From: an uncultured Verrucomicrobiae bacterium
Lineage (GTDB): Bacteria; Verrucomicrobiota; Verrucomicrobiia; Chthoniobacterales; Chthoniobacteraceae
DNA: 64,000 nucleotides
NCBI GenBank assembly: GCA_963769025.1
Contig: CAVYKI010000002.1
Location: 160,001 to 224,000, forward strand
Direction: 5' to 3'
A program made the position numbers and the translations under genes. Numbering within the stretch: the stretch's first letter is position 1; every line of letters begins with the position of its first letter. Of the stretch, positions 1 to 14,616 are shown piece by piece. The notes under the pieces are model-generated. The model was not told where the DNA came from, made no database searches, and saw only the letters and a program-made list of their open reading frames with translations.

Positions 1-13
1 TTGTTTTTCATGC

Positions 14-3000
14 TCAATCGACGAAGGCGAACTCGTTCAGGTTCAGCAGCACGCGGCAGAGGTTCGGCAGGCCGTTCGCCTTTGCAAAGGCGGTGAGCCG
101 GTCGCGCTCCGCGGGAGTCGGCGCGCGGCCGAGGGCGAGATGGTGGGCGCGCTCGACTTGTGCGGCGAGGTCGGGCGCTTCGCGCTGCACGCGCTCGGCG
201 AAGTGGCGGCGACTGCGTGAGCATGAAGCCGTTGTTCAGCAGCGCGAGGGCTTGCAGGGCGGAGAGGCTTTCGTTGCGCTTGTCCACGCGGATCGACGGG
301 TCGGCGCAGTCGAGCGAGGTCATCCACGGCTGCGTCTGCGAGCGCACGATGAAGCGGTAGATCGAGCGCCGCCACGTCTTCGGGATCCTCGGGATTCGCG
401 AGGCCGTATTCGTAGTGCGGCGAATGCTCGGGGTGCTCGATCACGAAGTCCTGCAAGCCCGGGCCGCCCATCGGTGAGGTCGAGCTTGCCGCTGACGGCG
501 AGCACGGAGTCGCGCACGGCTTCGGCTTCGAGCTTGCGGCGATTCTGCCGCCAGAGCAGCGCGTTGCCGGCGTCGATCTTGCTCGGCGCGCTCGGCGATT
601 GCGCCGCCGACGGCCTGCCGGTAGGTCGCGCTCGTCACGATCAGCCGGTGCAGCGTCTTGAGCGATCCGCCGCCGTCGCGGAACTCGGCGGCGAGCCAGT
701 CGAGCAGTTCGGGATGCGACGGGCAGCGCGCCATTGCGGCCGAAGTCGTTCGGCGTCTCCACGAGGCCGCGGCCGAAGTGATACTGCCACACGCGGTTCA
801 CGATGCTGCGCCAGGTGAGCGGGTTGCGCGGGTCGGTGATCCAGTGCGCGAGCGCCGCGCGGCGCTCGCCTTCCGGGGCGTCCGGTGCGAGGGAAAAGCG
901 CGCGGGTGTGAAGGTGAGCGCGGAGAGGGTGCCGGCGGCGACTTCCCTGCCGGGTTGCGTGACTTCGCCGCGCGCGAGGAAGAAGATCGGACGCGGCTTG
1001 CCTCCGGTCGCGCCGGTGCCCGCGAAGCTGCCGCTGCCCGTGTGGATGCCGCCGGCATAGACGGCGTTCGGCGCCGGCAGCTTTTTCAGCTCGCCCGCGA
1101 TGCGCTGCGATTCTGCGAGAAGCGCGGCGCGTTTCGCCTTCGTCGCGTCGTCGGCGAAGCTGATGAGCAGCGCCTCGCGCTCCTGCACGAGCTTCTCCTT
1201 TTCGCCGGGCGATTGTGCGACGGGCGCGATGCCATCGGTGAGGTTGGCCTTTCGCCAGCGCGGCGGCGCTTCGATGGAATCGAGCGCGGTGACGGGCTTG
1301 CCCTGCGCGACATTTTTCCCGCTCGCGTCGGTGACCTGCAGTTCGGCGAGCGCGAAGATGAAGTCGTCCTTGCGCGGCGCGAGCTTCGTCGCGGTCACGC
1401 GGACGTAGCGGCCGGCGATGCCGTCGTCCTTTGCGCCTCCGGTGGTGAATGGCGCGAGCCCGGGATTCTCGAAGTCGGCCATGAACGTCGCGTCGTGGTG
1501 GCGCCAGAGCAGCGCGACGCCGGTCTTGAACTCCGGATCGTCGCTGGCCTCGACCTTGAAGCGCACGGGAAAGCCGAAGCCCGCGCCGATGGCGTTGAAG
1601 TCGTCGTAGCACGGGAGCAGCGTCACATTCTGGATCGACGGTGTGCTGGCCGAGGTCCACCTGCACCCACTTCACCGCGTCCTGCACTTTCGAGATCGCG
1701 CTGTGGTAGCCGAAGTCGGGACTCGTGTTGCCGAGCTTTTGCGCGGCGGCCTTCGATGCGCCGTCGATGCGCCGCGTGAGCGCGGCGAATTGCTCGCCCG
1801 CCTTTTTTCGCAGCGGCTCCTCGACGGCGGCGAGCGCGGCGTCCGCGGCGCGCTGCTGTTTCGTCAGCTCGGCGAAGCGCGCGTTGAGCGCGTCGTCGCG
1901 GTAGTATTTCCGGTCGGTGCGATCGAGCGCGGCGAAGACGGCCTGCAGGCGAGTAGTAGTCCTCCTGCGGGATGGGATCGAACTTGTGGTTGTGGCACTG
2001 CGCGCAGTGGACGGTCAGGCTGGTGAAGGTGCCCATCGTGTTCGCGACCATGTCGTCGCGGTCGAGGTGGCGCGCGATCTTGCCGTCGCGTCTTCGTCTC
2101 CGGCACTTCGACGTGGCCGATGAAGTCCCACGGCCCGGCGGCGATGAAGCCGAGCGCCTCGATGCCGTCGCGCGTGCCGGGAAAGAGCACGTCGCCGGCG
2201 ATCTGCTCCTGCACGAAGCGCGCGTACGGCTTGTCCTCGTTGAACGCGCGGATGACGTAGTCGCGATACGGCCAGGCGTTCGGGCGCGGCTTGTCCTTGT
2301 CGTAGCCGTGCGTGTCGCCGTAGTGGACGACGTCGAGCCAGTGCCGCGCCCAGCGTTCGCCGTAGCGCGGGGAGGCGAGCAGCTGGTCGACGAGCGACTC
2401 GAATGCGGCGTCGCGGATTGCGGATCGCGGATTGGACGAACGCCTCGACTTCCTCGGGCGTCGGCGGCAGGCCGATGAGGTCGAAGTAGAGGCGGCGGCA
2501 AAGCGTGCGGGCGATCGGCTTCCGGCGATGGCGCGAGGTTTTTCTCCGCGAGCTTCGCGCGGATGAAGGCGTCGATCGGCATTCGCGGACTGCGGGTTGC
2601 GCGATTGCGGGTTTCCGGCACCGCGGACCGCACGATGGGTTTCAGCGACCACCAGTCGAGCGGATCATGTCGTCGCGACTGCGCGCGATCGTCCGGCCAC
2701 ACAGCGCCCTGATCGATCCACGCGCGCAGCACGCCGACTTCCTCCGGGCGTGAGCCGTGCCTTGTCGCTCTTTTCGGCGGCATCAGCATGTCCTCATCGA
2801 GCCCGGCGACGAAACGGATCAGCGGGCTCTCCGCGCTCTTGCCGGGAACGATCGGCGGCGTCACCCGAGTCGCCGCCTTTCAGTGCGTCGTGTCCGGCGT
2901 CGAGGCGGTAGCCGCTCTTCTGCTTTTCCGGACCGTGGCATCCGATGCAGCGCTCCTGCAGCAGCGGGCGGACGTCGCGGAAAAAATCCACGGCGCGTTG

Positions 3001-3093
3001 AAGCGGCGGTGGCAACTCCGCATGGAGGCAGAAGGCTTCCGCGAGTGCGGCGAAATGGATCGCCGGCAGAATGAGGGAGCGCCTGATTCGCAT
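14..3093 (-). CDS. Planctomycete cytochrome c (PSCyt1) + DUF1549 + discoidin/F5-8-like + DUF1553 protein (stitched across frameshifts)
   Basis: Fragments read [62 protein letters not shown]...[31 protein letters not shown] and end [16 protein letters not shown]. An ATG at 11 starts the next gene, which runs off the window. Confidence 0.88.
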
Positions 3094-3116
3094 GGTGGTG
3101 AGGGGTAGGGAAATCC

Positions 3117-3207
3117 GGCGGTGGCGGCTCTTGGGAATGAGCCCGGGAGGGAAACCTCCGGGCGGTGGCGGCTCTTTGGGTAATTGAGCCCGGGCGCGGA
3201 ACCGCGC
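3117..3207. repeat. Two tandem ~44-bp units, each with two hairpins
   Basis: GGCGGTGGCGGCTC..GAGCCCGGG at 3117 and 3161, followed by GGAGG-GAAA-CCTCC and GCGCG-GAAC-CGCGC respectively. Confidence 0.7.
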
Positions 3208-3318
3208 GAGGGCAGCTCATTTTTCGCGCAAAACCCGGGGCTGCGCCCGTGCCTCGCTTGCCATGGGCTGGCTTGTGCCGGGCCGTCGGTCCTCATTTCC
3301 CAAAGCGCATGACAGGTT

Positions 3319-3567
3319 TTAGCCCTCGATGGTGTTGATCTCGACGGGCTCGACCTTCACGCCGATCTCCTCAAGCCAGCCGATGGCGCGCTTGATCTCG
3401 TCGCGTTCGCCGATGAATTCGAGGCAGACGAGGCCGACTTCGTCGTTCACGCTGGCCTGGCGGAGGTTCGTGGTGACCTCGAATTTTTTGCACAGCTCCC
3501 ACACGATGGGCCGTGTGATGAGCTTGGTGGGATACATGAGCCAGAGGCGGGTTGTTTGGGCGGCCAT
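3319..3567 (-). CDS. Stand-alone NIL-domain protein
   Basis: 82 aa; P..LITRPIVWEL..KFEVTTNLRQASV...VGLVCLE..G....I..AI.WL...GVKVEPVE fits the NIL (MetN C-terminal-like) pattern. Confidence 0.8.
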   Translation of the reverse strand: MAAQTTRLWLMYPTKLITRPIVWELCKKFEVTTNLRQASVNDEVGLVCLEFIGERDEIKRAIGWLEEIGVKVEPVEINTIEG

Positions 3568-3709
3568 TGGGATGTGTGAGATGCGGGTAGTTCGGAATGC
3601 CGTCGGAATACGGGGTTGTGAATGGAGACTGCGGAAGAGTGACCAGTCACCCCTCAGGAGTCACCAGTCACTTTTGCATTTCGTGCAAAGCGGCAAGTGC
3701 GACGCGCGG

Positions 3710-3984
3710 CTAGCCGCCGGCGATGGCGGGGACGATGCTGATTTCGTCGGTGTCTTTCACGGGCGTCGCGCGTTCTCTTCGAGGAAGCGGATGTCTTCGT
3801 CGTTCACGAAGATGTTCACGAAGCGGCGGACGTTGCCCTGCTCGTCGCAGATGCGCTCTTTCAGGCCGGGGAAGGCCTTGTCGAGATTGTCGAGCAGTTC
3901 GCCGATGTTCGCGCCGGCGGCGCTGACGACTTCGAGTTCGTTGGTGAGTTTGCGGAGCGGGGTGGGGATGCGGACGGAGGGCAT
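3710..3984 (-). CDS. MoaD/ThiS-family ubiquitin-like sulfur carrier protein (one frameshift)
   Basis: MPSVRIPTPLRKLT...RRFVNIFVNDEDIRFL, then in another frame TPVKDTDEISIVPAIAGG*, ending in the GG motif. Confidence 0.9.
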
Positions 3985-4028
3985 GGGGATTTGAGATTGA
4001 GGATTTGGGATTTAGGATTTGGCGGCGG

Positions 4029-5295
4029 TCAGGCAGCGGCGGCGTCGGCTTGTGTAAATCTGCTCCTCGAATTCGCGGAGGCTCGGCTTGATGAGGCGCG
4101 GCTCGCCGCATTTGCCGATGATCGCTTCCTGCGTCTTGAGGCCGTGGCCGGTGATGCAGAGGACGGCGCTCTCGTCGCGCGGGATGTTGCCGCTCTCGAT
4201 GAGCTTCTTCGCGCAGGCGACGGTGACGCCGCCGGCGGTTTCGGCGAAGATGCCCTCGTACTCGGCGAGCAGGCGGATGCCTTCGACGACTTCCTCATCG
4301 GTGCACGTCCTCGGCGCGGCCGCCGGTCTGCTTCATGGCGTGGATGGCGTAGTAGCCGTCGGCGGGCGTGCCGATGGCGAGCGACTTCACGATCGTGTCG
4401 GGCTTCGGCACGGGCTTCACGATGTCGGTGCCGCTCTTCATCGCGTGCGCGATCGGGCGCGCAGCCGGTGGCCTGCGCGCCATAGACGGAGAAGGTCGCG
4501 TCCTCGACGAGGCCGAGCTTGGCGAACTCGCCGTACGCCTTGTGGATCTTCGTGAGCAGCGAGCCGGAGGCCATCGGGACGACGGTGTGCTGCGGGATGC
4601 GCCAGCCGAGTTGCTCGCAGATTTCAAAGCCCATCGTCTTCGAGCCCTCGGCGTAATACGGGCGCAGGTTCACATTCACAAAGCCCCAGCCGTATTTGCC
4701 GGCGATCTCGGAGCAGAGGCGGTTCACCTGATCGTAGGCGCCGTGGATGGCGACGACATTCGTGCCATAGACGAGCGAGCCGAGCACCTTGCCCTGCTCG
4801 AGGTCGGCGGGGATGAGCACGTAGCTTTTCAGCCCGGCGCTGGCGGCGTTGGCGGCGACGGAGTTGGCGAGATTGCCCGTCGAGGCGCAGGCGACGGTCT
4901 TGAAGCCAAGCTCGCGCGCGCGGCTGAGCGCGACGGAGACGACGCGATCCTTGAAGGACAGCGTGGGGTAATTGACCGTGTCGTTCTTGATGTAGAGCTC
5001 GCGGATGCCGAGCGCCTTGGCGAGCCGGTCCGCCTTGACCAGCGGCGTGAAGCCGACCTGCGTGCCGACCGTCGGCTCGCCATCGATCGGCAGCAGCTCG
5101 CGGTAGCGCCACATGCGTCTGCGGGCGGGATTCGATGACTTCGCGCGTGAGCACCGGCTTGATCGCGTCGTAGTCGTAGGCCGCCTCGAGCGGGCCGAAG
5201 TCGAAGTCGCAGACGTGGATGGCCTGCTTCGGGTAAAGCCGGCCGCACTCGCGGCATTTGAGGTTGGAGAAGTAGGAAGGTGTATTTTTTTGCAT
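4029..5295 (-). CDS. thrC: Threonine-synthase-like fold-type II PLP enzyme; possibly an O-phosphohomoserine sulfhydrylase (frameshifted)
   Basis: N-terminal CRECG zinc ribbon, MWRYRELLP, PTLSFKDR (PLP lysine), CASTGNLA, PYYAEGSKT, KSLAIGTPADG. Confidence 0.85.
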
Positions 5296-5357
5296 GGCTA
5301 TGCCGAACTGAATCACTCTTCCCGGAGTGGCGAGGGGCGATGACAATCGCCGCTTCG

Positions 5358-5479
5358 CTCTCATCTACCCCCGAACCATTGCGGCGCGAGGCTGGATTTG
5401 GCACCTAGACCCCCGGGTTGAATCGGAGCGGTTGCCGTGGCGTCGCAGGGCCAGAACCCTCAGCCACTCTGGATAAGAG
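5358..5479 (-). ncRNA. SAM-I (S-box) riboswitch
   Basis: Minus strand reads CTCTTATCCAGAGTGGCTGAGGGTTCTGGCCCTGCGACGCCACGGCAACC...GGTGCCAAATCCAGC...AGATGAGAG. This has the P1 ends, the kink-turn P2, GCAACC and GGTGCYAA. It lies about 60 nt upstream of the thrC-like ATG. Confidence 0.95.
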
Positions 5480-5832
5480 AGGGCGCGACGATAGATGTGT
5501 TGGACGGGCCGTCAACGGAATTTTTGCCGCATGCTCGCGTCCGTTTTCGGGAAGGTGGCGGTCGCGCAGAAAGGGACCGATCCGCCATTTCACCTACTCG
5601 GGATGGGCGGTTCGAGCCCTCCGGCGGTCATTCGCAACGTACAAAGCTGCGTGAATATGGAATTTATTACCTACATAAATACCTACGAATTGCGTTGCCA
5701 AATCGACTTCGCGATTCCATGACCCAACATATGGTGGTTTTGTGTGCCCTCGCCGTGAAACGTGCACAAGGATTGCGAAAACTCCTGTTGACACCACCCC
5801 GAAAAATTACCATTTTCATCACAACATTGAGT

Positions 5833-6435
5833 ATGACGCGGCCACCCACCAACGATCCAGCTCCCCAAGAAACCGTTCCAGTTCACAACTTGATGACGGT
5901 GAAGGAGACGGCTGCCTACCTGCGGATCCCGTTGCCGACGGTTTATTACCTTGTGCAGCGCGGACAGCTTCCCGCGATTCAGATCGGCGGTCGGTGGCGC
6001 GTGAAGAAGGATGCGCTGGATCGGGACATTTTGCGCAATGAGGAGGAGGGACAGCCGACGGTGCTCGTGGTCGATGACGACACCGGCCTGCAAAGCATGT
6101 TCAAGCTTTTCCTGAAAAAGCAGGGCTTCTCACGAATCGTCGTGGGTACCGGCAAGGACGCACTCGCTGCCCTGCAAAAGCAGAAATTCGAACTGTGCTT
6201 CCTCGATCTTCAATTGCCCGACACGACGGGTGACGAGGTGTATAAGCAGGCGAAGGAAATCCAGCCCACTCTGCCGATCGTCATCATCACGGGCTACCCC
6301 GACAGCCAGATGCTGGATAATATTCTGAAACTCGGTCCCGTCACGGTGCTGAAAAAGCCGCTGCAGGTGGAGGCACTCCAGCAGACGATGGCGATGCTGG
6401 GTCACAAGGCGACAGAGAAGGCCAAGGTGGCCTGA
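5833..6435 (+). CDS. Response regulator: excisionase-like HTH (HTH_17) fused N-terminally to a REC domain
   Basis: LMTVKETAAYLRIPLPTVYYLVQRGQLPAIQIGGRWRV, then VLVVDDD...FLDLQLPD...IIITG...KKP. Start codon uncertain (5833 or ~5893). Confidence 0.88.
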   Translation: MTRPPTNDPAPQETVPVHNLMTVKETAAYLRIPLPTVYYLVQRGQLPAIQIGGRWRVKKDALDRDILRNEEEGQPTVLVVDDDTGLQSMFKLFLKKQGFSRIVVGTGKDALAALQKQKFELCFLDLQLPDTTGDEVYKQAKEIQPTLPIVIITGYPDSQMLDNILKLGPVTVLKKPLQVEALQQTMAMLGHKATEKAKVA

Positions 6436-6447
6436 AGCGGCGGACCG

Positions 6448-7894
6448 TTAAATCGGTGCGCTGGCCTTATGCCAGTCGGTGGACTGTTCGTAGGCGTGCG
6501 CGATTTGCAAAAGGCGTGCTTCCTGGAAAGGCTGGCCGATGAGTTGCAGACCGATGGGGAGCTTCTTGCCGTCGGTTTCTGCAAAGCCGCACGGCAGGCT
6601 CAGACCACAGGTGCCGGCAAGGTTGCACGCGATGGTGAAGATGTCCGCGAGATACATTTTCAGCGGATCGTCAGTGCGGTCGTCGGCCTTGAATGCGGGC
6701 TCGGGCGTCGTGGGGCAGATGATGGCGTCCACGCGTTCAAAGGCGCGCGTGAAGTCGTCGTCGGATGAGCGTGCGGACCTTTTGCGCACGCAGGTAAAAG
6801 GCGTCGTAGTAGCCGCTGCTGAGCACGTAGGTGCCCAGGATGATGCGGCGTTTCACTTCGGGACCGAAGCCCTGCCCGCGTGTCTGGCCATACATTTCGA
6901 GCAGGCTCGCATTCGTGGCGCGCGACCCGTAGCGGACGCCGTCGAAGCGCGCGAGATTCGCCGACGCCTCGGCGGTGGCGATGATGTAATAGACGCCGAC
7001 GGCGTGCTCGGTGTTGGGCAGCGAGACCTCGACGATTTCCGCTCCGAGCGATTCGTATTGCCGGATCGCGGCTCGCACGGCGGCGTCCACCTGCGGGTCG
7101 ATGCCGCTGATGAAATACTCCTTCGGCATCCCGAGCTTCACGCCGCGCAAGTCGCGGCCGAGCAGTCCTGCGTAGTCGGCCACGGGTTCGTCGAGGCTCG
7201 TGGAGTCGAGCGGGTCGCGGCCGGAGATCGCGTTGAGCAGGAGCGCGGCGTCCTCGACGGTCTTGGTGAAAGGTCCGATCTGATCGAGCGACGAGGCGAA
7301 GGCGACAAGGCCGAAGCGCGAGACGCGGCCGTAGGTCGGCTTCAGCCCCACGCAGCCGCACAGCGCTGCGGGCTGGCGGATGGAGCCGCCGGTGTCCGAG
7401 CCCAGAGCGGCGAAGGCTTCGTGCGCCGCGACCACGGCTGCGGAACCGCCGGACGATCCGCCCGGTACGCGCGAGGGATCCCACGGGTTGCACGAGCGGC
7501 CGAAGGCGGAATTTTCCGTCGAACTGCCCATGGCGAACTCGTCCATGTTGCAGCGCCCAAATGGGATCGCACCCGCGGCGCGCAGCTTCGCGATCACCGT
7601 CGCGTCGTAGGTCGACTTATAGCCATCGAGGATTTTTGAACCGCACGAGCAAGGCTCGCCGTTCACGTTGATCACGTCCTTGATCGCAATCGGCACGCCG
7701 CCGAGCGGGAGATTGACGTCGGCCTTCTCGGCGAGGGCGCGAGCCGCCGCGTAGTCACGCGAGAGGTAGCCGTGGATGACGGGTTCGACGTTGCCGATGC
7801 GTGCTTCGAGCGCGTCGAGGGCTTCGACCGGCGAGGTTTCCCGAGCGCGGAACTTGCGGCGGAGTTCGGAGACGGAGAGTGCGGTGAGTGACAT
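6448..7894 (-). CDS. gatA: Asp/Glu-tRNA amidotransferase subunit A (one frameshift near 6765)
   Basis: [74 protein letters not shown]. Confidence 0.96.
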
Positions 7895-7915
7895 CCGGGT
7901 GCTGGTGAATGCGCG

Positions 7916-8200
7916 CTATTCGATCACTTTCGGCACGATGAACAGCCCGTTCGCCGAGCGCGGCGCGTTGGAGAGCGCGACCTCGGGCGTGAACCAGTCA
8001 CGGGCCGCGTCTTTACGGAAAACGTTCACGACCTGGTTCGCGTGCGCCGTGGGCTCGACGCCGGAGACATCCACCTTGTTGAGTTTTTCCACGTGCGAAA
8101 GCACCTGCCCAAGCTGGCTCTGGAACTTCGCGATTTCCGCGTCGGAAAGCTCCAGCCGCGCAAGCTGTGCGATGTAACGGACGTCGAACTGGTCACTCAT
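7916..8200 (-). CDS. gatC: Asp/Glu-tRNA amidotransferase subunit C
   Basis: DVRYIAQLARLEL...VDVSGVEPT...ALSNAP...FIVPKVIE; directly upstream of gatA. Confidence 0.95.
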   Translation of the reverse strand: MSDQFDVRYIAQLARLELSDAEIAKFQSQLGQVLSHVEKLNKVDVSGVEPTAHANQVVNVFRKDAARDWFTPEVALSNAPRSANGLFIVPKVIE

Positions 8201-8257
8201 GGGGCGCGGATGAGAGCGGAAAATCCGCGCGCTGTGAAAGGAAAACGTGAGCGTGTT

Positions 8258-8716
8258 TCAGCGCGGCGCAGCGGGCTCGATCGCGGGCTGCGCCGGTGGC
8301 TCGGCGGGCGTTGGTTCAGCGGGTTTGATGTCGCCCATCGCCTCCATCCATCGCTGCGTGAAGTCCTTCGTGAAAGTGTCGAAGCGCTGGCGCTGTCCGT
8401 CGCGGAGGACGGCGCGCATGCGCTCGCCGGCGCGGGCGAGCGCAGCATCGATCTGCGGGCGTACCGGTTTCACCGCCTCGCGGAGATCGGCGCCGGTTTC
8501 ATTGAGGATCTGCCAGAACTGGTGGGCCTGATCTTCGTCGAGCTTCAGATCGTGTTTCGCCTTTTGCATGAGGATGCGGCGGACATTTGGCGGACCGCCA
8601 CGCAGCGTCTTGTTGACGTAGTCCATCAGCGACGCCGAGCTGCCGAGCACCGCACCAACAAAGGCTCCGCACAAAAAGATCGCGAGGACGCCGAGGATTC
8701 CCTTGAGGCGTTTCAT
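8258..8716 (-). CDS. Exported helical protein (Spy/CpxP/heavy-metal-sensor-like), third gene of the ECF cassette
   Basis: Hydrophobic N-terminus MKRLKGILGVLAIFLCGAFVG; LKLDEDQ and VLRDGQRQRF resemble LTxxQ motifs; ATGA overlap with the upstream gene. Confidence 0.65.
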   Translation of the reverse strand: MKRLKGILGVLAIFLCGAFVGAVLGSSASLMDYVNKTLRGGPPNVRRILMQKAKHDLKLDEDQAHQFWQILNETGADLREAVKPVRPQIDAALARAGERMRAVLRDGQRQRFDTFTKDFTQRWMEAMGDIKPAEPTPAEPPAQPAIEPAAPR

Positions 8717-9054
8717 TCGTCGTGCCCGAGGTAAAAGTCGATCGAAGGCATCCCGGCAAACCGCACCGCGTCGAACATGCTCTCCGTTCCCGGCGATTCG
8801 TCCGCGTGGGTGTAGGCCCATGCGCCCGCCGCGATCGCGACGGCTGCGGCAAACGGACAGAGCTTCCACGCCCAGGCGAGCCACGAGGTGCCGCGCTCCG
8901 CGCGCAACCTCGCCGTGACGCGGGTTTCAAACGCGTAAGTGAGGCGATCGAGCCCGCCGGCGTTCTCCACGTACGGCGGTGGCTCTTCGCGCATGGCGCG
9001 GAAGATCGCGTCCAGTTTGTCGTCGGCGGGATGGGTTTTGTCGTCAGAGTTCAT
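8713..9054 (-). CDS. Putative single-pass anti-sigma factor
   Basis: 113 aa with one TM segment; overlaps the sigma factor stop. Confidence 0.65.
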   Translation of the reverse strand: MNSDDKTHPADDKLDAIFRAMREEPPPYVENAGGLDRLTYAFETRVTARLRAERGTSWLAWAWKLCPFAAAVAIAAGAWAYTHADESPGTESMFDAVRFAGMPSIDFYLGHDE

Positions 9055-9667
9055 GGCTGCGTTCCAGGATTTCCTTCAGTCGGGCGCGGGCGCGGAAGGC
9101 CCGCACTTTCACATTGCTCTCGCTCCAGCCGGTGTGCTGCGCGATGTCGCGGACGGTGCGCTCTTCGAGTTCGAGCAGCGTGAGCACGAGGCGCTCCTCG
9201 GGCGAAAGCCGGTGCATGGCCCACGCGACGAGTTCGCATGCCGCACGGGATGCGCCGTCGGCATCCGCGCCGGTGTCGCGGATTTCCGCGGTGAATTCAT
9301 CGAGCGAAAGCTGATCCCGGTGCCGCCGCTCGCGCCGGAGGAAATCGTAGCACGCGGTGACCGTGAGCCGCGCCAGCCAGTGCTCGAATGGCGCGTCGCC
9401 GCGGAAGCTGCCGAGCTTCCGCCATGCGCGCAGGAAGACCTCCTGGCACAGATCGTCAAGCTGGTGCGCGTCGCGCGCAAAGCGTGAGCAGGTCCCGAAC
9501 ACGCGGCCCTTGTGCCGGCGGATGAGTTCCGCGTACGCGCCGTCGTCGCCCGAAAGCGTCGCTCGGACGAGTGCGTGGTCGCCGGATGCGGCATCGCTCA
9601 TCTGCGAGGTGCTACCTGCGGCGGGAGCAAACGGCAAGGCGTGCCAGGCGATGGCGGAAGTGATCAT
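9044..9667 (-). CDS. ECF RNA polymerase sigma-70 factor
   Basis: D..LV...LSGDDGAYAELIRRH, DLCQEVFLRAW, FEHWLARL, LSPEERLVLTL, SNVKVRAFRARARL. The start may be at 9601. Confidence 0.92.
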   Translation of the reverse strand: MITSAIAWHALPFAPAAGSTSQMSDAASGDHALVRATLSGDDGAYAELIRRHKGRVFGTCSRFARDAHQLDDLCQEVFLRAWRKLGSFRGDAPFEHWLARLTVTACYDFLRRERRHRDQLSLDEFTAEIRDTGADADGASRAACELVAWAMHRLSPEERLVLTLLELEERTVRDIAQHTGWSESNVKVRAFRARARLKEILERSHEL

Positions 9668-9941
9668 GGAGAATCATTGGTGCTGACATGTGGAGGGACG
9701 CGGGAGTGTGCGCCGAGGTTACGATTTTCGCGAAGCGAATCGCCTGCGGGCCGGATGCGAAAAATCCTGACGAAATTCCTGTCGCGACAGCCGGGAGAGT
9801 GATACATCGCGCGGCCATTTTGAAAATCAGCACGCAGTTCCAGAATAGCACAGCGCATCGCCACGGATCTTTTTTGTGGTTGCGGCGAATTATTGAGATA
9901 TGCATTCCCGCGGCTCTTTGCACAGTCAGTACAACATCGAA

Positions 9942-14590
<4,649 letters not shown>

Positions 14591-14616
14591 GGCGCAACAC
14601 CAACTTCGAAACGACC

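Noticed and set aside
5890..6030. Excisionase indicating a prophage or ICE
   Set aside because: The HTH is fused to a receiver domain, and there are no integrase, att sites or phage genes nearby.
6448..8200. gatCA without gatB
   Set aside because: Split gat loci are common; gatB is probably elsewhere in the genome.
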